Assembly: GCA_963713605.1 (NCBI GenBank)
Contig: CAVQMO010000005.1
Span: forward strand, 64,001 to 128,000
DNA length: 64,000 nucleotides
Source: an uncultured Nitrososphaerales archaeon
Lineage (GTDB): Archaea; Thermoproteota; Nitrososphaeria; Nitrososphaerales; Nitrososphaeraceae
Direction: 5' to 3'
The notes below the pieces were generated by a model. The model saw only the letters and a list, made by a program, of their open reading frames with translations, had not been told where the DNA came from and made no database searches. A program made the position numbers and the translations under genes. This document shows, one piece after another, positions 54,715 to 64,000 of the stretch (position 1 is the stretch's first letter; every line of letters begins with the position of its first letter).

Positions 54715-56033
54715 ATGGATAGAATCCCTAGATCTAAAAAAACCTCTAGGAACTTCACCTCGGTGGAGGGCGCTCTGGTCAGCCTATTTTCGTCTTTTAA
54801 AATTCCGAAAATGGATGCAAGGAGGGTAGAATGCGCATATCTATTAGAATCTAATGGACGAGTCCTAGCGGAAAACCTGTATTCTCCTATAAGTGTTCCT
54901 CCATTCGATCGAGCCGATAGGGATGGTTTTGCGGTCTCCTCATCTGTTACGGCTAATGCATCACGTCACTCTCCGATTTATGTTAAGATAATAGGTAAGA
55001 GCCATGCGGGACAACGCGCAATCTTACTTCGCATAAGAAAGGGACAAGTGGTTGAGATTGCCACTGGAGCCAAACTTCCCAAAGGTGCAGATTCTGTGAT
55101 CATGGTTGAAGATACCACCTTAGATACCACCAATAGATTAGTCAAGATTTCCAAACCTGTCAATCGAGGTGATCATGTATCCTACAAAGGTAGCGACGTT
55201 ACAAAAAAACAATTAGTCTTGAGAAAAGGAACATGGATTACTGCCCAAGATGTGGCCTTAATTGCATCCATGGGTTTTGATAGAATCTCTGTGGTCAAAA
55301 AACCTAGGGTTGGTATACTAGCAACTGGCGACGAACTTACAGATCCTGGAAGCCGACCACTAAATGATGCAAGTATTTTTGAGAGCAATAGATACATGGT
55401 GTCTTGTTTAATAAGGGATGCTGGCGGAGATTCAGTGGATTTGGGACTGTGCAGAGATGATCCAGATGCGATATTTGAGATTTTGAAATCAGCGTTAAAA
55501 CTGGATATGATAGTCGTCTCCGGTGGAGCCTCAGTAGGACAGAAGGATTATTCCCCATTGCTCGTAGACAGGCTGGGAAAACCTGGACTCTTGGTTCATG
55601 GAATAGCAATGAAACCAGGGTCCCCCACGGGACTTGGAATTGTGAGAAATACCCCCGATTATTATATGTCCTGGTTTTCCGGTTTCTGCCTTTGCCGACT
55701 TTCTCTATGTTCGGATTACCAATATTGTCCAAGTTATTAGGAACTCAGGGACCAGTTAAAGCAAGATTAAAAGCGAGAATTACCGAAGACATTAGCGTTC
55801 ACAAGGATTTTCTGACATTCGTGCGAGTTATAGTGTATCGCCATAATGATGTTTTCTTGGCTAAACCGGTTAGCGCCAGCGGTCCAAGTTTGATTTCTAC
55901 ATTGACAAACTCAAACGGGATAGTAATTGTGAATAGCAGGATCACTCATAGTAGTGAACTAAAAAAAGGCGAAGTTGTGGAAGTTACACTGTATAAGAAC
56001 ATACAAGAGAGAGCCTGGCAGGACAGTGACTGA
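54715..56033 (+). CDS. moeA: Molybdopterin molybdotransferase (frameshifted near 55650-55690)
   Basis: GRVLAE, PPFDRADRDGFA, IATGAKLPKGADSVIMVE, ATGDEL, SGGASVG.KD, MKPGSP. Confidence 0.92.
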
Positions 56034-56324
56034 AACATGACGGGACACGACAGGTAGTGATTGGTTGTTTGGGAATAGCAATGATTTTGTACATTCGAGG
56101 ATTTCCCTCTGGAATTTTTTGATCAGTATTTCGTATTTAGTGCCTTTTATAGGGGCAGAATGCCTTAAGGGTAGTATCGATAATTCGATCTGGGCCAAAG
56201 TAGTAGCCGTTCTGTCTGAGTAAGGGAACCCCGATAATTCGAATTCGGAACTGAAAAGGTCTTTCCGTAGATATTGTATGTATCTGACTTCCGGTGTGAT
56301 GGCTTCACGATCTTCCCAATCCAT
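55959..56324 (-). CDS. Hypothetical ORF between moeA and moaD
   Basis: ATG-started 121-aa ORF filling the gap; its 3' end overlaps moeA; no motif recognised. Confidence 0.35.
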   Translation of the reverse strand: MDWEDREAITPEVRYIQYLRKDLFSSEFELSGFPYSDRTATTLAQIELSILPLRHSAPIKGTKYEILIKKFQREILECTKSLLFPNNQSLPVVSRHVSVTVLPGSLLYVLIQCNFHNFAFF

Positions 56325-56422
56325 ATTTAAATAATATTCTTGAATCGATGTGCAAAACCAATTGGATTATATGTATTATGGTTATTAATTGGATAAGATC
56401 CAATTTGGGATACACGACTTGG

Positions 56423-56706
56423 ATGGGAGTTGAATTTTAGATCTGATAGCGGACACTGGAAGCACAATAGACCTAAGATTATACGCTTCGGTCAAGGACC
56501 TCTTAGGTAAGGATAGAATAGAAGTCGATTTGACTGATAATATGACTGCCGGAGATCTTAGAGAAAAGCTTCATGAATCGTTTCCAATCTTATCAATCGT
56601 CAATATCCAATTCACAATATCGGTCAATCGAAGGGCTGTTGGTGATAGTGAATTTATTCAAAAGGCCGATGAATTAGCATTACTACCTCCAATTAGCGGA
56701 GGGTGA
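56423..56706 (+). CDS. moaD: MoaD/SAMP-type ubiquitin-like sulfur carrier (missed by ORF track)
   Basis: IDLRLYASVKDLLG...ISVNRR...DELALLPPISGG*; C-terminal GG; directly upstream of moaE; ATG 56423 is in frame if one T is added. Confidence 0.9.
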
Positions 56707-56713
56707 ATCTTAA

Positions 56714-57145
56714 TTGGGCTATCTAACATCCGAAGTAATCGATGTAAATAGGTTACTCATAGAACGGCAAAACACTTGTATTGGTGGGACGGTCATTTTC
56801 TTAGGAACGGTCAGAGAACGTAATAATGAAAATCTCAAATTGTCACAATTAAGTTATGAAGCATATGAAACAATGGCAGAAGAGATTTTTTCTGATATTG
56901 AAGCTGAGGCTAGACAGAAATGGAAAATAGAAGGGATTACAGTTTTGCATCGTGTTGGAACCTTGAACGTGGGTGAAGTGAGTGTGATCATAATCGTATC
57001 ATCCAAACACAGAAAAGAAGCATTTGATTGTTGTAGGTACATAATAGATAATGTAAAGACCAGAGTGCCTATTTGGAAGATGGAAATAACTAGCAGAGGT
57101 AAAAAATGGTTAGGGGGTACACTTATACTCCCGACAGAGAAATAA
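56714..57145 (+). CDS. moaE: Molybdopterin synthase catalytic subunit
   Basis: GGTVIFLGTVRE, LSYEAY, HRVGTLNVGE, SKHRKEAF, KTRVPIWK. Confidence 0.95.
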   Translation: MGYLTSEVIDVNRLLIERQNTCIGGTVIFLGTVRERNNENLKLSQLSYEAYETMAEEIFSDIEAEARQKWKIEGITVLHRVGTLNVGEVSVIIIVSSKHRKEAFDCCRYIIDNVKTRVPIWKMEITSRGKKWLGGTLILPTEK

Positions 57146-57158
57146 CTTTTGGGAAAAC

Positions 57159-58085
57159 TTGGAAACGACCAAGGGCGGAATGTATGATATAAGTGATAAG
57201 CCAGATACCCTTAGGACGGCTGTGGCTCAAGCCATTGTTAAAGTATCCCCAACCACAGTAACTCTTGTAAATGAGGGAAAAATCCCGAAAGGGAATATAT
57301 TTGACGCTGCAAAAATTTCAGCTAATATGGCAGCAAAACGGACCTGGGATTTATTACCTTATTGCCATCCAATATCTATTGATCATATTGCCGTGAACTT
57401 TAATATGATAGCCGAAGGGAGGATCAATATTATTGTCACTGTGAAAAATGTAGATAAAACCGGTGTAGAAATGGAGGCGCTCACGGGTGCTTGCATAGCA
57501 GCCCTAACCATCTATGATATGTTAAAACCTGTGGACAATAATTTAGAGATTGAATCTATCAGGCTTTTGGAAAAAACTGGCGGGTTAAATTCATTTATCC
57601 AAACTTACAACAGGACACTTCGAGCTGCTGTATTGGTATTGAGCGACTCAAGGGGTGAAAAAGAGGATAAATCAGGTAAGGTCATCCTCGAAAGACTTGC
57701 CAAATACGGTGTGGAATTAAAGGAGTACAAAATATTAGCTGATGAGCAAAAAGTTATCGAGTTTGAGCTTGTCAGACTGTGCGACAGTTTGGGAGTTGAT
57801 ATCGTGCTCACAAGTGGAGGAACTGGAGCTGGTCCACGAGATGTAACGCCCGAGGCCACTGGTAATGTGATTGAAAGGCCGGTAAGTGGAATAACTGAGG
57901 CATTGAGGGCATATGGTCAAAAGAGGACTCCGTTATCGATGCTGTCAAGAGGTATCGGAGGTGTGAGAGGAAGTACAGTGATAGTCAACCTCCCTGGAAG
58001 TGTAAGGGCTGTAAGAGAATCACTTGATTCATTGTTCCCTGGTATCCTGCACATATTTCAGATGTTGGAAGGCCATAGCCACTGA
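57159..58085 (+). CDS. moaC: Bifunctional MoaC-MoaB molybdenum cofactor biosynthesis protein
   Basis: MYDISDK..T.R.A.A, LLPYCHP, TGVEMEAL, YDMLK, EKTGG; then DKSG, TSGGTG.GPRDVTPEA, NLPGS. Confidence 0.95.
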   Translation: METTKGGMYDISDKPDTLRTAVAQAIVKVSPTTVTLVNEGKIPKGNIFDAAKISANMAAKRTWDLLPYCHPISIDHIAVNFNMIAEGRINIIVTVKNVDKTGVEMEALTGACIAALTIYDMLKPVDNNLEIESIRLLEKTGGLNSFIQTYNRTLRAAVLVLSDSRGEKEDKSGKVILERLAKYGVELKEYKILADEQKVIEFELVRLCDSLGVDIVLTSGGTGAGPRDVTPEATGNVIERPVSGITEALRAYGQKRTPLSMLSRGIGGVRGSTVIVNLPGSVRAVRESLDSLFPGILHIFQMLEGHSH

Positions 58086-58395
58086 TTCCGTTTTGTTTTT
58101 AGGTTAATAGTAACGCACCCAAAGAATAGTATTGGTAATAGTAATGTTGTCGCACCCAAACTAAAATGTTCTACAACCATATTAGAGAGTTACCATTGAA
58201 AAGTTGCAGTCGAATGCAAGACAGAGATTAAGTAATGATGGACGTTACCCTAATAGGTTACTAATATTTAAGATGTAACTGAATAGGAACTAGTAAGAGA
58301 ATCTGCAAACTAAGAAAATTCTAAGCGGTATCTTTCGACGAGTAAGTTGCAATTTTATATTTCGTACCGCATACATTTTAACTGTTCCTAGGATA

Positions 58396-58737
58396 TTACT
58401 CTACAATAAATCTGGGACTCGCAACACTTTGTGTCGTTTGAACAAACAGACTCTCAATTTCAGTCAACCTATCCATACAATCCAAATCATTCCTCAGATC
58501 GAGATATAATGAATCCGTTTTTATGGCTTCTAAAAGATCAAGCACTTGTTCATTAGTTACGCCGTGCTTGATATCATAATTTATTTGCCTACAAACTCTT
58601 GTTATTCCGCCGTACCTCCTATGTTGCCTTTTTTCCCAGGCGGTTGCATTCTCAGGGAGTCCCTTTATGTACTTGATAACGGTCTTCTCCATATGCTGAA
58701 TATGCCATTCTCTCATGGGAAAACTATTTTGGATCAA
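58396..58737 (-). CDS. Conserved hypothetical protein
   Basis: FPMREWHIQHMEKTVIKYI...WEKR...QINYDIKHGVT; protein-like, resembles a thaumarchaeal conserved family (from memory). Confidence 0.65.
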   Translation of the reverse strand: MIQNSFPMREWHIQHMEKTVIKYIKGLPENATAWEKRQHRRYGGITRVCRQINYDIKHGVTNEQVLDLLEAIKTDSLYLDLRNDLDCMDRLTEIESLFVQTTQSVASPRFIVE

Positions 58738-59378
58738 GATTACCCCTCATATCTTTCTATTACTCATAGAGGTATATAAAATGACACTGGATCCGTGGTT
58801 TCCTGACCTTGTGAAGTACTTCATTTTGAGTTCGGTGAGTTGTCCTCTCCCCAAAGGGTGCTCCATCTTTAATCTGAAGTGCTAACTAGCATACTAATAT
58901 CCAATAACTTTAACTCATCCTAAATATGACCATCCATCCAATTTTTACGTAAACTTCATTGATATTGGCTATTTGAATACATTGAAAACTAATTAAAATG
59001 TGTTTCTTGAGGCAACATGTATTAACTAATTATAGTTACCATACTATAGGATCATGTATCGTATTGATGAACAATGCCTCGCATGTCTAAGGTTGCATTT
59101 TTGATCAAACATCTTTAAAGTCTAACTTCTAATGACGAACAACCAATGCCACCAAAAGTGTTACATAACTTAAGAATGGTGCAATGTCCTTATAGTGAAG
59201 TGGGGAATTCATGACTGGCGCTAAGCGAAATAGGAGAGGATTTTGAATATTTGTTGGTCAGTACAAGAGGACGGTTAACTATTTGGTGATCCATTTCAGA
59301 TTTCCGACTGATTAGCAAAGTTTTTTACTCCATAGGTACATATATCCCAGAGCTATAATAGTGTGAGTCGTATCTAGT

Positions 59379-60015
59379 TTGTTTGGGAAGAAAAAAAGCG
59401 GTTCCAGTGCTGGGAGTGCAAAGGTTAAAAATAAGAAGAGAAGCGGGAGTTATTTGGATGCTTCAAAAAAGAAGCGTCAAAAGTATCTAATGATAATAAT
59501 ACCCATTATAGCAGCGGTGGTGGCAATTCTAGCTATTTCAGGTACCAGATATTCGTCAGAGATAAATAAATTCGGCACCGTTGGCTCTGCACATGAGCAT
59601 GCTCGCTTTTATTATTAATGTAAATGGTACGCCTATCGATTTTAGTCAACCCCAATATCAGGTCCAGTCGAGACTAATTCATGTCGAAGGAGGTGACGGA
59701 TTCACTTTACATAGACATACTGATAGGGTACCCTTCGGTGAATTTCTAAGGAGCGAAAATATGAATCTAGAGGACAGTTGCTTCTCTACTCAGCAGGAAC
59801 GTCAACAACAGGGACAACAACCAGAATACTGCACAAATGGGACGGAAGAACTCCGAGCATTTGTTAATGGGAAAGAATTAGAGTCTCCCTCATTATTGGG
59901 TGACTATATTTTAAAGGATGATGACAGAATATTATTGATATACGGTAATCAAACTACTGATCAGCTAAGTCAAGCGCTAAGTGAATTGGAAGAGGTTCCT
60001 ATCCTGAAAAGATAG
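59379..60015 (+). CDS. Membrane-anchored protein with His cluster (frameshift near 59603)
   Basis: Basic N-terminus, TM helix, GSAHEHA...IDFSQPQYQ..SRLIHVEGGDGFTLHRH, Cys pair, DDRILLIYG. Confidence 0.75.
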
Positions 60016-60073
60016 CTAAAGATTTTTGGGAAAGTACCTGTGTCCCTGACAGCATTCGATTAGACCGTTGGAC

Positions 60074-61556
60074 TCAATGGACTGCACACAGGTCATTCAG
60101 AAAACCGTCAATGTCAAGACGTGAAAAGATTGATAAATCCAATTTCGCACCTGGATTCATTATTTTTCTAAGCTCAATGCCCGCTTCTTTCTCTTTCCAC
60201 CATGTCTCACCGAATTTAGTCATTACATACCTCTCCAGTTCAAAAGCTCTCACAGCGGCAATGAGATAGACTTGGAACATACATTATCGATTCAGGTAAA
60301 ATGTGATGCAAGAGCCAATATTCGCCTGGCATATCAAACCCCAGATATTCCCGTATCAACCTAGAATAAAGATCAGACGCCCCGTCGGCAGTCAGGCTCT
60401 TCTCCCAATATTCGATCTTCATTAAGGTATTCGCAGTGTAGAATGTGATGAAGAAGAGGTCCATGAAATTGTTCTTGGCAATTATTTGGTCGACTAGGAT
60501 GTCACTTTTAACTTTAGAGCGAAGAGAATTGAGGTAACAAGGATTCCTTGATAACCTTTCAAAGAACATAGAAAATATCTCGGCTATACCCATAGATATT
60601 CGATACTTCTCAGAGTAACTACGGCCGTTGTCTATTGAGGTGGCATGGATCGCATGCCCCGTTTCGTGCAAACAGCCTTGAAAATCGAAGTAGGGACTTT
60701 CCTTCTTGTAAAGTACTCGTACGTCAGATGGAATCTCTACAAAGAAGCAAATGGGAGACGGGTATTTGTCTTTTCTGCTTTCGGTATCAAATATAATATT
60801 GGAAAGATCAAAATTCATTGTTTTCAGCATCCTCTTAACCTCATCCACAGGATCCAAGCACGCGAAGGCTTCTTCGATATCTGAATAGATTCGATTTCTA
60901 AAAAAATAGAAATCGTCATAATATTCAGGATGCCTGTTCAACAATTCCTTACTCGTATCCAGTAATGCCTTGCGAAAAGGAATTTTAGCTTTTTCACCTA
61001 ATGATTTTACGAACTCTAGGAGGGAATCACGTTTGAAATTCTCATTGGTCATATAAGCGGAGACCGGAGTTAGGCTGTATCCAAGATTTGACTTGGCTAT
61101 TTTAGAATATTCAGCATATGTTTGATTCATCATTGAGAATCTCGATTCAACTATTGGCGATATCTTGTTTGTTTTGCCAACAAATTCATCGAAAACCTCT
61201 CGTCTCTTTTTATCTTCCTTTTCATGGCTATTAAATTGTCTCCAATTACTCCAATTTACCGGAATCCCATTGAACAGGTGCTTTTTTGAAACAATATCTG
61301 TATTTCTCAGCCGGTGGATTTCGAGTTCTTGGGTTTTTGTTCTAGAGTAGGCGATATCTTCGACAGCGCCAAGAAATAATGCCTCATCTTGGTTCGGAAA
61401 GAGATCAATATACGTCTTCGAATTCTGTCTCTTCATTTCTGCAAGTTGTATTATGAGTCCTTCGTCATAGTCGAGTCCTGCATATTGTTTGTACTCTTCA
61501 TCCGTTTGGCAGACATACAGCATTTCGTCTAACTTACACCATTGTTCGAAGTTCAT
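60074..61556 (-). CDS. Gluzincin (M3-like) metallopeptidase (frameshift near 60270)
   Basis: LHETGHAIH (HExxH) plus IAEIFSMFFE third ligand. Confidence 0.8.
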
Positions 61557-61694
61557 CCTATCTCACAGGAAGATGATCTATTAGAAGATTCTGATAGTCC
61601 CGCAACATTTGAAAGGCTTACACTAGAAAGGAGCGAATAACGATATCTAAAGGATCCAAATGGAATGTTTTACGTGGCCCGCCTATTTATCGTG

Positions 61695-62093
61695 CTATTC
61701 CCTTATGGCCTCAAGAGAAGATACAACATCCCAGATCTTCGTCCGGATATGAGATTGCACATGTCTACTATAAGTGAGCTCTTCCATTATACTTATAGCA
61801 TTAGCAGCACGGACCGACATGCTTCCATTATTTTCATCCTTTAGCATTAAGTTTGCTTCAGTTATCAACCTTTTAATTCTCTTAGGGATCTGAATATCCT
61901 TTTTGATTGTTTCCAATGTCTCAGTAGAATGGGTCAGTCTTTCTTGATTTTCAATAATCTTCTGTTCTCTCAATTCTTGTCTCGATGGCCTTCTCCGTCG
62001 AGTATCATTGGGCTTAGTGGATTTGTCTGGGTTTGAATTGTCAGGGTAGGACATGCCGATATGATGCATTATCGAAGAATTAAAATCTTTCAC
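61695..62093 (-). CDS. UPF0147 family protein
   Basis: IKKDIQIPKRIKR...SVRAANAISIMEE...HIRTKIWDVVSSLE. Confidence 0.85.
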   Translation of the reverse strand: MKDFNSSIMHHIGMSYPDNSNPDKSTKPNDTRRRRPSRQELREQKIIENQERLTHSTETLETIKKDIQIPKRIKRLITEANLMLKDENNGSMSVRAANAISIMEELTYSRHVQSHIRTKIWDVVSSLEAIRE

Positions 62094-62540
62094 CTATTTT
62101 TTTGAATCCAATAGTGCCTAGTCATTATCTAATTGTCTTTTGAGATGCTCGCTTCAGTCGTCTCACAGGCAATAGATTCTAGCAGTAGATCTGGCAGTTC
62201 CCGGTTCCGGTACCCGCAGTATAGTAGGGAGTAACATATTTTTGGGAGGTAACAATGATCCTATCGCAAGCCCTCACTTTCAACAAGCCTAATGCTTTTT
62301 CCACTGAATCTTATGTCCTCATGACATTTTTCAGAGCAAAAGTGGTCAACGCGTATATAACAGAACACTGGATAGTCTTGATTTCTACACATGATGCACA
62401 GAAAACTTGCATATCCATGGCCTTAGTGACTTGCATATATTGACCAAATCATATAGGTATGGTAGTAGATCCTTTGAAGAAAGATGAAAGAGTAATTTAT
62501 CTATGACGTTACAGATGTAATACCATCCCCTGAGTATGCT

Positions 62541-62723
62541 TATCATTTCAAAAACTTTCTTGATCACTTTAAAGGGATAACTCGAGAATCACCAGTAGAA
62601 AAAGATGCTAGAGTTATTGAGGCAATGATTATTCAGTGGATAAAATTTCTATCCGATTCCAGAAAACGAAAGCATGGCACCATTCATAATGAAGTTGCTG
62701 CTGTATTACACTTCCTTGACTAG
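62541..62723 (+). pseudogene. Integrase N-terminal fragment (copy A)
   Basis: YHFKNFLDHFKG...KDARVIEAMIIQWIKFL...KHGTIHNEVAAVLHF; similar to the 5' part of the 26880 relic. Confidence 0.6.
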
Positions 62724-62926
62724 CACATTTTAAAGAAATGCTTGAGTATAGGATGAATATGTAGCAATAAATCCTAAGTTCAAACTCATCACTGCACTTA
62801 GGACTGCAGTAATGGAGATGGGACTAACTACTGTTAAGTACAACAAGACTGGATGATGGTACCGTTGTTGAGAGCTACAGAAAGGGAGGTACACACGATT
62901 CAGTGAGATGGCACTTCAATTTTCAC

Positions 62927-63021
62927 AGGAGTCATTACTGCAAATGGAAGTTAGAATTATGAGGCGATGATCATCCAGTGATTAAATATTTATCTAAATC
63001 CAGGAATCTAAAACATCGTAC
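62927..63021 (+). pseudogene. Integrase N-terminal fragment (copy B)
   Basis: QESLLQMEVRI-EAMIIQ-IKYLSKSRNLKHRT; DNA aligns with 62604-62680. Confidence 0.55.
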
Positions 63022-63027
63022 TTCTAC

Positions 63028-63414
63028 CTATTTTGAGATTAAGTGTCTGATTTCTTTAATCAACTCTTCATTTCCAATAGGTTTGCGAATGAACAGGTTT
63101 TTATCTAATGCATTATATTCTTTCTCTCGAAACTCCTTATAATATAATTCACTTGCAGTAAGAAAACAAACATTAGCCTTACTATCTATCTTTTGTATTT
63201 CCTTGTGTAATTCAAAGCCGTCCATATCTGGCATTTTGATATCAAGAACAATCAAGTCGTAATGATCTGGTTTGAAGTTTGAAAGTGCCTTTCTGGGGTC
63301 ATTAAATGCTTCAACTTCGAATCCATGGTATTCTAAAGACATACTAAAAAACAAAGTAAGGTCAGATTCGTCATCTACTACCATGATTCTTTTTCCTTTT
63401 ACTTTTTCATCCAT
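63028..63414 (-). CDS. Stand-alone response regulator receiver protein
   Basis: IMVVDDE, YDLIVLDIKMPDMDGFEL, FLTA, FIRKP. Confidence 0.92.
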   Translation of the reverse strand: MDEKVKGKRIMVVDDESDLTLFFSMSLEYHGFEVEAFNDPRKALSNFKPDHYDLIVLDIKMPDMDGFELHKEIQKIDSKANVCFLTASELYYKEFREKEYNALDKNLFIRKPIGNEELIKEIRHLISK

Positions 63415-63424
63415 TAGCCATGGC

Positions 63425-64000
63425 TCATTCCTTTTTTTCTTCTTCTTCTTCTTCTTCAACTCCATCTCTTATTTCTAAAGGTAGGGTGAACCCAAATATT
63501 GTACCATGTCCCTCCATTACATTATTTTCGGCCCAAATCTTGCCCCCATGGGATTGAATTATATTCTTGGAAATAAAAAGACCTAAGCCTGTTCCCTTTT
63601 GCGATCTCGTAACAAACTTTGAAAATAGTCTTGGTAAGATTTCGGGGTTGATTCCTATACCTGTATCTTTTACAGTAATAATAACCTCTTTACTATTATT
63701 ATCAGCAACTATATTAAGAGAGATATAACCTTCTTTTGTAAATTGGATAGAGTTACTTAAGAGATTAAAAATAACTTGGATTATCCTTTCCTTGTCTGCT
63801 TTTACAACGATGGGATTGTTATTAGGGTTGTCATCATAAATTAATTCAACTTTATTATTGGTAATGTGTTTAATTCTATCTTTGTAGTCCTCAATAATAG
63901 CGGGTATCAAATCACGAATGTCAAATCGCTCCTTCTCTAGTATTAAAGTCTGACCTTCAATCCTTGTTGCATCTAAAATATTGGCAGAAAGTCTTTGCAA
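63425..64000 (-). CDS. Histidine kinase, C-terminal HATPase part (runs off the window end)
   Basis: NLLSNSIQF, DTGIGI, LFSKF, GTGLGLFI, HGGKIW; poly-Glu tail from a (GAA)n repeat. Confidence 0.9.
   Translation of the reverse strand: MQRLSANILDATRIEGQTLILEKERFDIRDLIPAIIEDYKDRIKHITNNKVELIYDDNPNNNPIVVKADKERIIQVIFNLLSNSIQFTKEGYISLNIVADNNSKEVIITVKDTGIGINPEILPRLFSKFVTRSQKGTGLGLFISKNIIQSHGGKIWAENNVMEGHGTIFGFTLPLEIRDGVEEEEEEEKKE

Noticed and set aside
63415..63465. Poly-Lys N-terminal extension of the response regulator
   Set aside because: Alternate-frame reading of the (GAA)n tract in the kinase tail; ATG 63414 gives a normal receiver domain.

Overview
Chromosomal window from an archaeon, most likely a soil ammonia-oxidising Nitrososphaeraceae (Nitrososphaerota/Thaumarchaeota). 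This is inferred from ribosomal protein L13e, UPF0147, archaemetzincin, archaeal Hsp20, paralogous small winged-helix regulators, Nitrososphaera-style histidine kinases, integrase relics, long intergenic spacers and many signal-peptide proteins rich in N-x-S/T sequons. About 18 otherwise conserved genes are broken, mostly by single indels and in two cases by in-frame stops. This pattern suggests uncorrected long-read errors, so they are listed as joined CDSs. Content: a secretome-rich left arm (hyaluronan-synthase-like GT2, membrane sulfite-oxidase-family molybdoenzyme, CHRD protein, PQQ glucose/sorbosone dehydrogenase, many small secreted proteins); a deacetylase / wHTH / atypical P-II / HD-GNAT neighbourhood; three histidine kinases and a receiver protein; APC permease-USP fusion; malic enzyme; PadR and DtxR regulators; Hsp20; HtrA; a molybdopterin cluster (moeA, moaD missed by the ORF track, moaE, moaC-moaB); an M3-like peptidase; and decayed integrase, nitroreductase and DoxX genes. 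I saw no tRNA, rRNA or CRISPR array. The best novel leads are (i) two dispersed paralogous secreted Cys-pair (CGN...CQN) proteins, loosely chaplin-like, whose promoters share identical spacing and a palindromic operator, found alongside sequon-repeat peptides and a HAS-like synthase (possible extracellular-matrix toolkit); (ii) an HD/PDE-like-GNAT fusion beside a motif-less P-II and an AcuC deacetylase; (iii) an orphan solute-binding protein divergent from a Cache-type kinase. All functional calls rest on motifs read by eye, not on database searches.
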